A stretch of 64,000 bases of DNA from Mobula hypostoma (taxonomy: Eukaryota). Made by a program: the position numbers and the translations under genes. The notes under the pieces were generated by a model, which ran no database searches, was not told where the DNA came from, and saw only the letters and a program-made list of their open reading frames with translations. How positions within the stretch are numbered: position 1 is the first letter of the stretch; each line of letters begins with the position of its first letter. The stretch lies in NCBI RefSeq assembly GCF_963921235.1, contig NC_086097.1, positions 14,446,001 to 14,510,000 of the forward strand. The letters are read 5' to 3'. Positions 12,628 through 24,367 of the stretch are shown here, piece after piece.

Positions 12628-13911
12628 GAAACAGAAACATAGAAAATAGGTGCAGGAGTAGGCCATTCGGCCCTTCGAGCCTGCATCGCCATTTATTATG
12701 ATCATGGCTGATCATCCAACTCAGAGCTCTCCCCCTGCCTTCCCTCCATACCCCCTGATCCCCGTAGCCACAAGGCCATATCTAACTCCCTCTTAAATAT
12801 AGCCAATGAACTGGCCTCAACTGTTTCCTGTGGCAGAGAATTCCACAGATTCACCACTCTCTGTGTGAAGAAGTTTTTCCTAGTCTCGGTCCTAAAAGAC
12901 CTTTATCCTCAAACTGTGACCCCTCGTTCTGGACTTCCCCAACATCGGGAACAATCTTCCTGCATCTAGCCTGTCCAATCCCTTTAGGATTTTATACGTT
13001 TCAATCAGATCCCCCCTCAATCTTCTAAATTCCAACGAGTACAAGCCCAGTTCATCCAGTCTTTCTTCATATGAAAGTCCTGCCATCCCAAAAATCAATC
13101 TGGTGAACCTTCTTTGTACTCCCTCTATGGCAAGGATGTCTTTCCTCAGATTAGGGGACCAAAACTGCACACAATACTCCAGGTGTGGTCTCACCAAGGT
13201 CTTGTACAACTGCAGTAGTACCTCCCTGCTCCTGTACTCGAATCCTCTTGCTATAAATGCCAGCATACCATTCGCCTTTTTCACCGCCTGCTGTACCTGC
13301 ATGCCCACTTTCAATGACTGGTGTATAATGACACCCAGGTCTCGTTGCACTTCCCCTTTTCCTAATCGGCCACCATTCAGATAATAATCTGTTTTCCTAT
13401 TTTTGCTACCAAAGTGGATAACTTCACATTTATCCACATTAAACTGCATCTGCCATGAATTTGCCCACTCACCCAACCTATCCAAGTCACTCTGCATCCT
13501 CTTAGCATCCTCCTCACAGCTAACACTGCCACCCAGTTTCGTGTCATCCGCAAACTTGGAGATGCTGCATTTAATTCCCTCATCCAAGTCATTAATATAT
13601 ACTGTAAACAACTGGGGTCCCAGCACTGAGCCTTGCGGTACCCCACTAGTCACAGCCTGCCATTCTGAAAAGGTCCCGTTTATTCCCACTCTCTGCTTCC
13701 TGTCTGCTAATCAATTCTCTATCCACATCAATACCTTACCCCCAATACCATGTGCTTTAAGTTTGCACACTAATCTCCTGTGTGGGACCTTGTCAAAAGC
13801 CTTTTGAAAATCCAAATATGCCACATCCACTGGTTCTCCCCTATCCACTCTACTAGTTACATCCTCAAAAAATTCTATGAGATTCGTCAGACATGATTTT
13901 CCTTTCACAAA
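12628..13911 (-). mobile_element. 5'-truncated CR1 LINE (RT domain, C-terminus and 3' UTR), young
   Basis: ORFs 13711..13908 and 12892..13689 are one frame broken by a single TGA. Motifs include [31 protein letters not shown] and LVRPHLEYCVQFWSP; the tail is ttctatgtttct. It is inserted into a PLE family 1 palindrome. Confidence 0.93.
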
Positions 13912-14569
13912 TCAATGAGTAACAAGTCAATGTCATGGGCCTCCCAAAACCTTGAATCTATTCCTTTCCATAGATGCTGTTTGACCTGCTGAGTCCTTCC
14001 AAAATTTTCCATATGTTACTGTTGATCTCCTTCAGTACCTGCCGGCTGTGAGATCGCATAGTCTTCTAACAGACGTACACGAAACTCATAATGATCAATG
14101 TGAATTCCATTAAAAAAGCCAAATCGTGATTTCTTACGCTCTAACTCATTAGTGACTGATACAAATTACCTTACAAAACAACGGTTAAAAGGATGATGCA
14201 TTTAGCTCCCAATACATTGACAGGTGTGTTAAGGCAACGTTATTCAAGTTTGCTTAATGTCATTTCCAGTACACAAGTGAAAAAGAGAATGAAATAATTG
14301 CTCCGGATCTGACGCAGGACAAAACAATAAATAACACAATAAACATTAATACACAAGATAGCTTATATACATAGATTGATTGTGCGTCCACAAAGTGACA
14401 CTAAGCACTGTACATAAGGTGCCTCAGACAGGAAATGATGAAGTAGTGGTGGTGGGAGTTGTGGAAGAGTGGGTTAGTGAGTGGAGGTGGTGATCAGCCT
14501 TGCTGCTTGGGAAAAGTACCTGCTTTTGAGTCTGGTGGTCCTGGTGTGGCAGGGTGGAGATACGTCTCT

Positions 14570-14930
14570 ACTAAAGGAGGTGCAGGGGGTGCTACTTCAT
14601 CTCCGCTAGCCTGCAGGTCAACCTTGGGCAAGGTGTAGCATCTGCTTCCCCCCCTCCAACCCTCCACCCCGATCAGGATCACATGAAGCCACAGAAGTAG
14701 GCGGCGGATGGTCGTGTGAGCAGCTAGTGCACATCACAAGTCCTGATGGACGGAAGGCTCACAGTGTCTGAAGAGTATTGATAATGGCAGGGGTCGCTTG
14801 TCCTGTAAAGACGCCGCCCAAAAGAAGGAAATGGCAAACCACTTCTGTCGGAAAATATGCCAGGAACAATCATGGTCATGAGGCGATGATCGCCTACGTT
14901 ATATGGACACAGCACACGATGACGATGGTG
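14570..14930 (+). mobile_element. RTE-related SINE or short element
   Basis: 3' end ggcaaaccacttctg...cacacgatgacgatg resembles RTE/BovB-type tails. Confidence 0.45.
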
Positions 14931-15289
14931 GTCCTGGTATGGACGCTGCATAGCCTCTTCCTTGATGGGAATGGGACAAACAGTCCATGAGCAGGGTGGG
15001 TGAGTTCCTTCACGATTTTACTGGCCCTTTTCTGGCATCTTTCTGTATATACACTGTGAGATCAGTGAAGGACCAAACATGCCTAGAATTTCTCCTACTT
15101 TCTCTTATTTCAAACAACACAGGAGGCCATCTGACTCATCAAGTCTGTATTAGCTCTAAGAGCAGTCACATTCCTCTATTTCCTCGAACCTATTCTCCCA
15201 CGTATACTCCCTTTGTGTCCTACGCATTCCTTCACAGTTGCCTATTATCCTACCAGCCTGTCCTTGAGATGTGGGAAGAATACGTGGGG

Positions 15290-15588
15290 TCCTACGGTGC
15301 AGTAGGGGTTAGCGCAACACTAGTACGGCTCGCAGTGTCCTGGAGTTCAGAGTTCAATTCTGGTGCTGTTCTGTAAGGAGCCTCTGTACATCATCCCCGT
15401 GGAATGTGTGGGTTTTCCCCGGGTCTTCCGGCTTCCACCCACAGTCTAAAGACGTACCAGGTAGGTTAATTGGTCATTGTAAACTGTCCCGTGGTTAGGT
15501 TAGGGTTAATCAGGGTCATTGGGGGTTGATGGAGCAGCCTAGCTCGAAGGGCTGGAAGGCCCTACTTCGCGGGGTATTGCTAAATAAC
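15290..15588 (+). mobile_element. HE1/V-SINE-like SINE
   Basis: Same head and core as 5655-5935. Confidence 0.75.
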
Positions 15589-15594
15589 GAACCA

Positions 15595-15990
15595 GTGAGG
15601 CCGGATCTCACTGAAACCTATCAAATGTTGAAAGGCCTCAATACAGTGGATGTAGAAAAGATGGTTCCTCTGGTGGGGGAGTCTCAGACCAGGGGACACC
15701 GCCTTAGAATAGAGGGGCGTCCTTTTAGAACAGAGATGAGGAGAAATTTCTTCAGCCAGAGAGTGGTGAATCTGGGGAATTTGTTGCCACAGGCAGCCAT
15801 GGAGGGCAAGTCATTAGGTATATTTAAGGCAAGAAGCTGATAGATTCTTGATTAGTCAGGACATGAAGGGATATGGGAAGAAAGCAGGAGACTGGGGCTG
15901 AGAGGGAAAATGGATCGGCCATGATGAAATGGTGAAGCAGGTGCGATAGGCCAAATGGCCTAATTCTGCTCCTATATCTTATGATCTTTT
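15595..15990 (+). mobile_element. CR1 LINE 3' fragment
   Basis: DLTETYQMLKGL...TRGHRLRIEGRPFRTEMRRNFFSQRVVNL followed by a CR1 3' UTR. Confidence 0.88.
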
Positions 15991-15994
15991 CGTA

Positions 15995-16535
15995 TCAAAG
16001 TTCAAAGTAAAATTTATTATCAAGAGTACGTGCATGTCACCACATATAACCCTGAGATCCATTTTCCTGCGGACATACTCAACAAGTCTACAGAACAGTA
16101 ACTGTAAACAGGGTCAATGGATAACAAACAGTGCAGATTCAAATATAAATAAATAGCAATAAATAATAAGCATGAAATAACAAGATAAAGAGTCCTTAAA
16201 GTGAGACTATCGGTTGTGAGAACACTAGAAATAGAATGAGTACAGTTATCGTCTTTTATTCAAGGGCCTGAATGTTGAGGGGTAGTAACTGTTCTTGAGC
16301 CTCATGGTGTGAGTCCTGAGGCTCTTGAACCTTCTACCCGATGGCAGCAGTGAGAAGAGAGCATGGCGTGGGGGTACTGAGGATCTTTGATGATGGATGC
16401 TGCTTTTCTACGGCAACCTCTCATGTAGATGTGCTCAATGGTTGAGAGGGCTTTACCCGTGATGTACTGGGCCGAATCCACTATCTTCTGTAGGATTTTC
16501 CTTTCAAGGACATTGGTGTTCCCATATCAGGCCTA
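15995..16535 (-). mobile_element. Rex1/Babar-like LINE 3' fragment
   Basis: The minus strand encodes a decayed HALFSLLPSGRRFKSLRT motif and ends in the family tail aataaattttactttgaactttg. Confidence 0.7.
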
Positions 16536-17664
16536 TATCTTATGGTCTTAACTAAATAAGTAAGTATATAAAATGGAATACCTCAGGTTAAAAACAAACT
16601 GCTGTGGGAATTCAGGGGACTCAGCAACAGTTGAGGGGATGAAAGAAATTGTTAACATTCTCAGTCCTGATGCAGGATTTTTAACCCAAAGCATCGACGA
16701 TTCTTTTCCTCCCTCATGGTTGCTGCCTGACCAATGAGATCCTCCTTTAGCCTGTGTTTTGCTCCACGTTCTGGCATCTACAGTCTCTTAGGGTTTCTTG
16801 CTGATTTTTAAGGAAATCAGGTAAGCTTACAAAACACAGCTGGGAAACAAGGGCAAAGGTACCTCAGACAGAAGGGGAACACACACTATTACAAGTTCCA
16901 CACAGAGAGCCCTGGAGCTCAGGAACCTAGTTCCTGCAACCCAGGAAGCACCGGTTCCTTCAGGTTGTCATAGCCAGGGGAGGTAGTGGGGATAAGCTTC
17001 CAAGATCTATTAAATGCTCCCAGTAGTGTGCGTCTCAAATAGCCTCTGATAACTAAGTCCAGCTCCTAGCCTTCACATGTGGCTTAGCTACTAAGCCCAG
17101 GAGAAGGAGCCAATGCGGGTTACTGGTACCTTAAAACCAGATGGTGTCCATCAGCCGTGGTTGGCAGCTAATCTAGAAGGAAAACTCTGATCTCAAACCT
17201 CCATTGCCTTGCGGAAAGACCTCTGGGAAAAACCCTGGGAGTAAACCCCAAGGAAAACTCCAAAGCTGGAGTCCCTAAGGCAGTCCTATATTGAGTTCAA
17301 AGCTGGCTGGCAGCTCCTGCGACACCACTGGTACCAAACTGTATCGGTCTCTTTGGGTTCATCAGATGTGTGGAGAGGGCGAGTCTGGTACATGAGTAAC
17401 AGCTTGCTCTCCATATTGTACTGCCCAGGCTTGTGTATCACATAGATAGCTGGAACACAATATCCATGGTCAACCATGACCAACTGCTGCTACTTGACCA
17501 GGTCTCTGAGTTACTAATGAAGCATTTTAACAAGTGTAACACTTTACCTATTCAGATATCTTCCCCAAGGGAGGTTGAAATGTCTTGTCAGACCTCTTGA
17601 ATGGGACATCATTTTGGATTGGTCAAAATTTTTCCACATATTTCTGATGAGTTTTTAACTTTGG

Positions 17665-17699
<35 letters not shown>

Positions 17700-17819
17700 C
17701 AGGTATTAAATGGAGGAAAATAGAAAAAAAATCCTGAAAGTCAGTTGGCTTAAATCTTATCCATGTCTTTCCTACCCCTTCCCCACCCAGCCCTACTCCA
17801 AGGCAACTTCACTGAGTAC

Positions 17820-18320
17820 TGCCCGCCATTGAGTACATCTACATGGAGCGCTGCCACAACAAAGCAGCATCCATCATCAAAGACCATCGCCCCCTCCCAC
17901 CCCAATCATCCAGGCCACGCTCTCTTCTCACTATTACCATTGGACAGAAGATACTCAGGGCTCACACCACCAGGTTCAGGAACCGGTTAATAACCTCTAA
18001 CCATCAGGCTCCTGAACGGTGTGGATAACTTCCATCACCACTACTCATAACTGATCCTATCAATGACAGACTTGCTTTCAATGACTCTTTACAATTCATT
18101 CTCAGTGCTTCTTTTAATTTGCAGCTTGTTTTCTTTTGCACATCAGTTGCTTATCAGTCTTTATGTATATTTTTTCATAAATTCTATTGCATCTTGTTCC
18201 TGTAAATGCCTGCAAGAAAACTATTTTCAAGGTACTGTAGTATGTACACATACGCACACACACACACACACACACACACACTTTGATAATAAATTTACTT
18301 TTTGGGTTTTTGAACTTTTG
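17820..18320 (+). mobile_element. Rex1/Babar-like LINE 3' fragment with a (CA)n microsatellite
   Basis: HPGHALFSLLPLDRRYSGL...TTRFRN; tail gataataaatttac...tttgaactttt. Confidence 0.72.
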
Positions 18321-20731
18321 AGTTTGAAGCCCATCAGCTTTCAGGGAAAAGTAAGTAAATTCACAGAACACAACTATGAAGCAGGAGGAAAAGTTCCTTA
18401 GATTTAAAAAGGGGAATATAGTCTTTTTCCATTACCATGAACCAGTGACCTGGCTATGCATTAAAATGAGTTCCTTTAAATCTGGACAGATCCCTGATGA
18501 AGTACTCGGCTGCAGGATAATGGCATTCTATCGATAACAATAAAGGTGCAAAGAAATGTCCCACAAATCCAAACGAAGTTCAATTCAATTCTGGTACAGG
18601 TTTGTATACGAAGGGTCCAAACAGGATCACGGCCACCCATCCCACAATCTCTTTGACCCACTACCGTTACAGAGCAGGTACAGAAGCATCAGGACTAGGT
18701 CTGCCGGACTGGGTAACAGTTCCCTCCCCTGTTTGTAAGACGAATAAATACCTGCCACCACCGAGGTCTTGTCACCAGGACAGCAAGCTGTTCACTGTTT
18801 ACCTGTGCTGTGCACTGTCACGTGCCTTTTGAATGATATTTTATGAACTTATTTGTGGTAATATTTTGTCTTACGTGCTGTGTGTGATATATGTATCATG
18901 GGTGCACCGTGGTCCAGAGGAATGCTGTTTTGTTTGGTTGTATATATTTAGTCAGATGATAACAAAGTTGAACTTGAAACATGCAGTAAAATAACAAAAC
19001 ACCTTCAACATAACTTGCCAGAAATAAATATGTTTTGTTTTTTTTTTAAATTAAAGCAACAACTGATATCCCAGCATGGGCTGTGTTTAGCTCAGCAATG
19101 CACGGTTATCAGCTGATGAGATTTCATGAAAATCAATCTAAGAATGGGTAATTGAAAACCTCAGATTGTTAACAGTTATGTTTTCCATTAGCCCCTTTCG
19201 TTGTAAATCTACACAAACCTCCAGACTAATCCCCCGAGTCAACGTACAGACAGTATTTTAATTTTAATGGAGCTATGCGGAGCATACATTTAGCAACTAA
19301 GTGGTAATTGACATTACACAGACACAGTCTCATAGCCACATTATATAGGTTAGCAAATACAGAGGGGAGTCATTAATGGGGCAGAGCAAACAAATGATAA
19401 TGTATGTATGCAGTGCTGAATGATGTGATGTTGAGAGTGTTGGGTCTTGTGGGATTTATAAAACAGGAAAAAATGGCAACTGAGCACAAGTAAATTTGTC
19501 TCATTTGTCTATTAAATTAAAGGTCAGCCTTCTGACCTGAAACGCAATAAAATATTGTAACTTCAGAATGGGACTGAGCTGGCGCTTCCTCTGACTTCTT
19601 GCCGACACCCAGCCCTTTTGTACCTGACGTCAGCTTTGATTTACTCGACCACGTTCCCACCTCCAGGTCAAAGGGGGGGCTTGCAAGTTTGGGTGAGGCG
19701 TCAGCCCTCCAGCACCTAATATTCCAAGCTAATGCTCATGCACAGCCTGAAGGTTTGCCAAGAAATCAGAGTCATCTCCTACCCCCACCCTCCCCCAACA
19801 GCACTCTACCACCTCACCCCACACAATGGTGCAATGTTTGAAGAGATTCACCTCGTGTCTCCCAGTTGACGTGGTGAGTTGACTACGGCTTGGGGAAAGT
19901 ATTTCCGAGTCTGGTGGTCCCGGTGTGAATGCTACATAGCCTCCTTCCTGCTGGGAGTGGGAGCAGGGCGTGTGGAACCCTTCATGATGTTACTGGTCCT
20001 TTACCGGCACCCTTCTGTTCGTGTATCTCTGATGGCAGCGCAGGTAGGCCGGTGATGGTGATGCGTTGCGCAGTTTTGCCTTCCTGTCTGCTGCAGTCGT
20101 CCCAGCAGTGTGGGCAAAATGACCACCTTCCGAGGCGTAATAAAGACCAGCAGCAAGAAAAGGCTAACTGGGCACTCACCACATTTACTCCTGTGAGACA
20201 TGTTTATGCATGCTATTGGATTTAATTATTTAACAACTATAACTTAGATGACAAGATTTAATTTTAGATGACAAGAGCTTAGATGACAAACATGAGAAAT
20301 TCTGCAAATGCTGGAAATCCAAACTAACACACACACACACACAAGATTCTGGAGGAACTCAAGAGGTCTATGGAAATGAATAAAGAGTGGACGTTTCAGG
20401 CCAAGACCCTTCTTGAAGTTGGCTGGACACCTCACTGTAAGGCTGGGTTCTTACTTTGTAGAGTGCATTTCAGCAACTATACGTGAACAATTGTGGGGAT
20501 TCTAACAAAGAACTTACAGAACAAATATACCTCCTTCTCAGAAGCTGAAGACCTGCCATGTACTTTGAGCGGTTTGTGCTTTGATTCCACCGTCTCCAAT
20601 TCTTTTGACCTTAACACATATTAATTCATAACTCCATCAGTACTTTAAAAAGGTTGGGGGGGTGGGGTGAATGGCAAGCAATCCGAAGGTAAAGTGAAAG
20701 GGACTTGTAAAGACAAACGATTCTACAGGAT

Positions 20732-21375
20732 AAATAACGAGAAATTCTGCCAGAAATCCAAAGCAACACACACAAAATGCTGGAGCAACTCAACAGAGTG
20801 GAACAATGGGAAAAAGGGAAGGAGGAGGGGACCCAGGCTATAGCCATGAGAGAAGAGGTAAGGGGCCAGAGTGGGGAAGAGAAGAAGAGGAGGGGGAGCG
20901 ATTTATTTTTAACCAGAAAGAGAAATTGATAGACATGTCATCAGTTTGGAGGCTACCCAGATATAAAATAAGGTGTTGTTCCTCCACCCTGAGGGTGGCT
21001 TCATCGTGGCACAAGAGGAGACCATGGACTGACATGTCAGAACGAGAACGGGAATCGAAATTAAAATGTTTGGCCACTGGAAAGTTCTGCTTTCGGCAGA
21101 TGGAGCTGAAGTGCTCGACGAAGCGGTCCCCCCAATCACAACAGGTCTCACCAATGTAGAGGAGGCCGTATTAAGAGCACGGCACACAAAAGATTCCACA
21201 AATGTTAGAAATCCAGAGTAGCACATACAAAATGCTGGAGGAACTCAGCAGGCCAGACAGTGTCTATGGAGTGGAATAAACAGTTCTGATGAAGGGTCCC
21301 GACCTGAAACCTCAACAGTTTATTCCTCTCCATGGATACTGCCTAACCCGTTGAGTTCCTCCAGCATTTTGTATG
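20732..21375 (-). mobile_element. Penelope-like element family 1: GIY-YIG endonuclease C-terminus plus terminal repeats
   Basis: ORF 20838..21077 PVAKHFN...SDMSVHGLLLCHDEATLRVEEQHLILYLGSLQTDDMSINFS resembles the PLE endonuclease end. It is flanked by family 1 arms. Confidence 0.78.
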
Positions 21376-23016
21376 TGAAGGGGGCTTAGTGATGTCACCA
21401 ATCAGCACTCTCTGTTTGTTATCCTAGAACAAAGTGGGGCCTGCATCATATCCTCAAGTGGAACATCAGCTTGCGGAAGGTAATGTCTGGAGTACAGTTA
21501 GCTTCTACCCCAAGCCCCTGGTAATACGAGTACTCCTAAGAGAGGCTGAGAAAGGAGGCTTGCCCTCTTGGGACTCTCAAACAAGTCCAACTCTTAGTCA
21601 TAGTAACATATACCTAATGCTGGAAGAACTGAGCAGGTCAAGCAGCATTTATGGAGAGGAATAAAGAGTCGACACTTTAGGCCGCGACCCTTCACCAGGA
21701 CTATATCCCTGAGTATATATATTACAAGAGAATGAATCTGATTGCTGACTATATTCCTGAGTATATATATTACCAGAGAATGAATCGGATTGCTGAATCT
21801 ATGGTTCTCACTAGATGTAATCTTCCATTAGACAGCGGAAGCTGCAGGTTGGTCCTCTGTGAGTGAGTATGTGTGTGTGAGAGAGAGAGAGAGTGGAGTG
21901 GGATGAAGTCACTGTTCAGGGCAAGATACCTAGCAAAGGCTTAACTAGAAGTTCAACACACACAAAATGTTGGAGGGACTCAGCAAATCAGGCAGCATCA
22001 ATGGAGGGGAATAAAGAGTAAATATGCTGAAGGTCTCTACTTTACCCAGGAAAACACACAAACACAAGCACTGGCAAATGTCTGGTCATGATGGAGCTCG
22101 GGTGTGCAGATTCTCCTGTCAACCCAGAGAAAATGTGACCCAGCACGAGGAGATAAGATGCACAAAATGCATCAACACTTTCTCAACGGCAAAAATTAGT
22201 ACATGCACTCCAAAATGTTTTCTATAATATTAAAAGGAAAGAAAAAGATTGCATGTGCTGGCAATCTTAAACAAAAATAGAAAATACTGGAAACACTCAT
22301 CTACCTACGGGAAAGATGACGATAAGATTGAAAGAGTACAGAGAAAATTCACAAGCATGTTACCAGGACCCGAGTCATTAGGGAAAGGTTGAATAGGTTA
22401 GTACTTTACTCCCAAGAGCATACGACAATGTGGGGAAATTTGGTGGAGGGGTAGAGACAGAGTAAAAGGTTAAACATTACCCATCGCACTTTTTCGACTG
22501 AGGTTGAGTGAGACTAGCATGGGTCATGGGTTAAAGGAGAAAGGTGAAATGTTTAAGGGGAACATGACGTTTTCAAACTAAGATGGTGCTGGTGAAGCAC
22601 AGCGATGACTTGTTGACAGCAAAAACGATCATTAACTACTTTATTAATCACACTTTTTCTCAGAAGTGATCACTGCAATTGATAGCCTGTAATTTCCCTT
22701 CTGGAGCTGAGCTTTCGAACCGCCTATATGACCTGTCATTTTTGTGGTGTGAACTAAAGTCTCAAAGGCACAGGATGGTTGCAGCATGGTGCGTACGGGC
22801 TGAATTATGGCAACAGGACCAGGGCTGGAGAGCGGGGAATGAGCCAATGTTTGGCTGCTGGATCAGACTTGAAGGTGATATGAAATGGCAGAACCAAGGC
22901 AAGGCAAATTCAAGGTGGTGGGACTCAGGCCTGAGAGCGAGGAGCAAACCGGGGTTTGACTGATTCAAGCTTGGGGCCGAATTGGAAAGGTTGGATACGG
23001 ACCAAATTGAGGCAGC

Positions 23017-23286
23017 GGGTCCTGGACCTGAGAGGGTATTGAAGACGGGTCCTGGACCTGAGAGGGTATTGAAGACGGGTCTTGGACCTGAGAGGGTATT
23101 GAAGGCGGGTCCTGGACCTGAGAGGGTATTGAAGACGGGTCTTGGACCTGAGAGGGTATTGAAGACGGGTCCTGGACCTGAGAGGGTATTGAAGACGGGT
23201 CTTGGACCTGAGAGGGTATTGAAGGCGGGTCCTGGACCTGAGAGGGTATTGAAGACGGGTCCTGGACCTGAGAGGGTATTGAAGCG
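23017..23286. repeat. 30-bp minisatellite, 9 copies
   Basis: GGGTCCTGGACCTGAGAGGGTATTGAAGAC units that differ at essentially two positions. Confidence 0.96.
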
Positions 23287-23506
23287 GCAGGGTCTTGGGT
23301 CCGAGAGCAAAGAATGACCCGTTGTTCGGCTGATTTAAGCGTTAGGCCTGATTGAAAAGGTCAGGGTGTCATGGCAGGAGGCCAGGGATGGGCTGATGTT
23401 CGGCTTGCTGCTCCGCGAGGTTTACTCGTCTCTGCGCTGAACTGAGGCTGGATAGACTCCTGGATAGGCTTGGTGTCTGAACTTTCCTGAACTTCAATTC
23501 TGAATG

Positions 23507-24367
23507 TGTGACGAGAATACACATAAATTAAGATGTTTGCTGGGCTGGGATAGCACCAGTGGCATCAGCAGTTGGTCTGCCACCTGTCCTCAGGGGAGGG
23601 AGAGATAAGGAACAATGAAGCAGCATTTGGAGATGTTAATGAAGGAGCCATCAGTCTGGGTATTGTCAAGATCGGCTCCCCCTTTGAACCCTGAACTGTT
23701 TGAAGTGATGGACAGGCGATACCCCAGCAGAGGGATAAAAAGGGACAGGTTCGCTAAGGCAGGACACACACGACACCCGAGGTAACGAGACCCTGGAAGC
23801 GGTGCGCCTCTCACAAGTCGGTGGAAAGTACCAGGCCATAAACGCACAGGGTGGAAAGGTACGATCAGCGGGAACCCGGTGTGTGTCCACCCTCGCTTGG
23901 GTGCCGGGTTCACTGCAGAGGATCGTCCGCATCTGGAGGAGGGGTCACAGTCGGTGACCTCAGGTGACACCACAAAGGACCCGACCGAAAGCTGCTTGTG
24001 AGCAATATCGCAGGTCTGTGAGTGGAAGCCGTTCTGAAAGATCAGTCGTTCTCGTTCTCTCTCTCCTTCCCCCCACATTGTCCATCGCCATGGCAACGAT
24101 TATTGCAAACTGAACTAAATTGAACTGGACTTTGTGTCACTTTGAAATTGGTCATTTACCCCTAGACAATGATAGAGCTTGATTGATCCTGTTATCTTAA
24201 TTCTGTGCACATGTGTGTTTATCATTGCTGAACTGTTGCATTTATTATCCTTTCGATTACTGTGTTGCTTGTTTCTTTAATAAAACTTTCTTAGATCTAG
24301 TAATCCAGACTCCAACTGAGTGATCCATTTCTGCTGGTTTGGCAACCCAGTTACGGGGTACGTAACA
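23507..24367 (+). mobile_element. Solo LTR (861 bp), probably Gypsy/Ty3-type
   Basis: Termini TGTGACG...CGTAACA form an inverted repeat. 4-bp TSD AATG at 23503-23506 and 24368-24371, TATA-like GATAAAA near 23735, AATAAA at 24279-24284, CpG-rich. Confidence 0.88.

Noticed and set aside
21701..21796. 48-bp tandem duplication next to a PLE arm
   Set aside because: It is real but has only two copies, and is most simply a local slippage or repair duplication with no sign of function.
23017..23286. CRISPR-like array, or collagen-like repeat protein (ORFs 22762..23310 and 22982..23317)
   Set aside because: The units are contiguous with no unique spacers, the context is eukaryotic, and the ORFs arise only because the unit is 30 bp.
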